In this document: positions 15,074 through 16,632 of the stretch, piece after piece | Numbering within the stretch: position 1 is the first letter of the stretch | Layout: each line of letters opens with the position of its first letter | NCBI GenBank assembly: GCA_044866005.1 | Contig: JBIOTN010000071.1 | Span: forward strand, 1 to 16,632 | Origin: Candidatus Rokuibacteriota bacterium | GTDB lineage: Bacteria > Methylomirabilota > Methylomirabilia > Rokubacteriales > DASRDR01 | DNA length: 16,632 nucleotides | Direction: 5' to 3' | Made by a program: the position numbers and the translations under genes | The notes under the pieces: generated by a model | The model's database searches: none | Told to the model about the DNA's origin: nothing | What the model saw: the letters and a program-made list of their open reading frames with translations, nothing else

Positions 15074-16632
15074 TTACTTGTCGACCCACACTTCCTGCAG
15101 GCGCCCGAAGTTGTAGATCGACTGATGCGGGGGCAGGTTCTTCACGTGCGGCCAGACCGTGAAGTAGTCGATCCGCCAGTCGAGCATGGGGCGTGCCGCG
15201 TCCTCCTCGAGCCGCTTCTGGATCCCGTGCACCAGCGCCAGGCGCTTCTTCGCGTCCAGCTCCTGGGACTGCTGGTCCACGAGCTTCATCACCTCTTCGC
15301 TGCAGTACTGGCTGTAGTTGCGCGGCGAGCCGCAGGCGTAATTCTCGTAGAAGTTGGCGTCCGGGTCGTCCGGGCCGATGCCGGTGAGGTTCGCCCCGAT
15401 CTGGTAGTCGCCCCGGGTGGCCATGGGATGCCACTGCGCGGTCTCCACCTGCTTGAGCGACGCCTCGATTCCCACCTGCTTCAGCTCGTTGATGACGAAC
15501 GACGCCATGTCGACGTAGATCGCGATCGCGCGCGTCACCATCTCCACCCGGAGCGGGTTCTGCGGCGTGATGCCGATCTCGGCCAGGAGCTTCCGCGCCT
15601 TGGCCTTCTCGTCCGGCGGCTTGCCGTACCCCGGCAGGCCGGCGAGGTCCTTGTCGAGGAGACCCCAGATCCCATGGGGCTTCGGGGCGAGCGAGGCGCC
15701 GATGGCGGCGCCGCCCTGGTGCACCGCCTGGACGAGCGCCCGGCGGTCGATCGCGTGGCTGACCGCGAGCCGCACCTTGACGTTGTCGAAGGGCGGCTTC
15801 TTGACGTTCATGATGATGTTGTCGTTGACGTTCTGGCTGTAGGGCGTGACGACGAGCTGGGGCACCGCGCTCTTGAGCTGCTCGGCCACGGTCTTGGAGG
15901 TCTCCCCGGGAAACGACACGTCCACCTGCCCCGCCTGGAGCGCCGCGTTCCGGGTTCCGCGCTCGGCGATGACGAGGTAGCGGAGCCCCTCCAGGTAGGG
16001 CCGGCCCTTGACGAAGTAGTCGGGATTCTTCACGTACTCGACGAATTCGCCCTTCCGCCATTCCTTGAGCTTGAAGGGGCCCGTCCCCACGCAACCGGTC
16101 CGATAGTTGGCGGGTGGGACGTGGGCCGCGTAGATCGGCGTGTAGCCGGAGGCGAGCATCAGCAGCAACGAGGGCTGCGGCCGCTTGAGGCGGAACACCA
16201 CGGTCTGCGCGTCGGGCGTCTCCACGGCCTCCATGTTCGCGTACCAGTCCTTGCGCGGGTTGATGCGGAGCTTGCCGGGCGCGTCGGCGGCGCCGCGCAC
16301 CATGTCGAACGTGAACTTGACGTCCTTGGAGGTGAAGGGCTGGCCGTCGTGCCACTTCACGTTCTTGCGGAGGAACATCACGAGGTTGCGGTAGTTGTCC
16401 TGCCACGACCACTTCTCGGCCAGCTCCGGCACCACCGTGTCGATGCTCTCCACCGGCTTGGCGGGATCGAACATCACGAGGTTGTTGAAGCACGGGGCGA
16501 CGGGCCAGACGCTGGAGATCGTCGAGGTCTCGTGGACGGCGAAGCCCTGCGGCAGGTCCTCGCGCAGCCGGAGATTCAGCGTCCCGCCGGGCTTGGGAGC
16601 CTGCGCGAGGGCCGGCCCCGCCAGCAACACCA
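15074..16632 (-). CDS. ABC transporter substrate-binding protein, family 5 (5' end outside window)
   Basis: End of a signal peptide (PALA/QAPKPGG), PELAEKW, LRKNVKWHDGQPFTSKDVKFTF family-5 signature, GTGPFK, PPFDNVKVRLA; frame is open to the window edge. Confidence 0.95.
   Translation of the reverse strand, partial: VLLAGPALAQAPKPGGTLNLRLREDLPQGFAVHETSTISSVWPVAPCFNNLVMFDPAKPVESIDTVVPELAEKWSWQDNYRNLVMFLRKNVKWHDGQPFTSKDVKFTFDMVRGAADAPGKLRINPRKDWYANMEAVETPDAQTVVFRLKRPQPSLLLMLASGYTPIYAAHVPPANYRTGCVGTGPFKLKEWRKGEFVEYVKNPDYFVKGRPYLEGLRYLVIAERGTRNAALQAGQVDVSFPGETSKTVAEQLKSAVPQLVVTPYSQNVNDNIIMNVKKPPFDNVKVRLAVSHAIDRRALVQAVHQGGAAIGASLAPKPHGIWGLLDKDLAGLPGYGKPPDEKAKARKLLAEIGITPQNPLRVEMVTRAIAIYVDMASFVINELKQVGIEASLKQVETAQWHPMATRGDYQIGANLTGIGPDDPDANFYENYACGSPRNYSQYCSEEVMKLVDQQSQELDAKKRLALVHGIQKRLEEDAARPMLDWRIDYFTVWPHVKNLPPHQSIYNFGRLQEVWVDK

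Larger units (their letters stand above)
14883..15074 (-). other. Putative 63-aa bridging ORF across a hairpin-rich spacer
   Basis: ATG 15074 overlaps the SBP TAA (TAATG); TGA 14885-14883 overlaps the permease ATG 14886 (ATGA). It is the tail of track ORF 14883..16493 (MLGGGAPAPP...GTVIR). Confidence 0.35.

Noticed and set aside
10931..15162. Plus-strand ORFs of 336, 195, 484 and 495 aa
   Set aside because: Antisense shadows of rsmH, mraZ and the permeases.
1..16632. CRISPR array, tRNA/rRNA, transposase, prophage or defence genes
   Set aside because: No regularly spaced repeats, RNA gene signatures or mobile-element ORFs seen; the window is almost fully accounted for by housekeeping genes.

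Overview
Very GC-rich bacterial chromosomal DNA; all credible genes are on the minus strand. In transcription order (right to left): a 5'-truncated family-5 (Opp/Dpp-type) ABC substrate-binding protein, two DppB/DppC-type permeases with no ATPase after them, a degenerate ferritin-like small protein, and then the first two-thirds of the division/cell-wall (dcw) cluster: mraZ-rsmH-ftsL-ftsI(PASTA)-murE-murF-mraY-murD-ftsW-murC-murB(partial). A TTGACA-N18-TAGCAT promoter and GTGGGA MraZ-box repeats precede mraZ. MurE has the DNPR meso-DAP motif and the SBP has an SPase I-type signal peptide, consistent with a diderm; a Rokubacteria/Methylomirabilota-like host is an impression only. Unusual points: (1) murG is absent from its canonical ftsW-murC slot; (2) three spacers (ftsL-ftsI, mraY-murD, SBP-permease), and more loosely murD-ftsW, are bridged by mini-ORFs that start on the upstream stop codon and stop on the downstream start codon; (3) an 18-bp perfect inverted repeat encloses the murD-ftsW spacer; (4) an AT3-rich patch with TATACT inside murE may be an internal promoter. 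The long plus-strand ORFs are antisense shadows.
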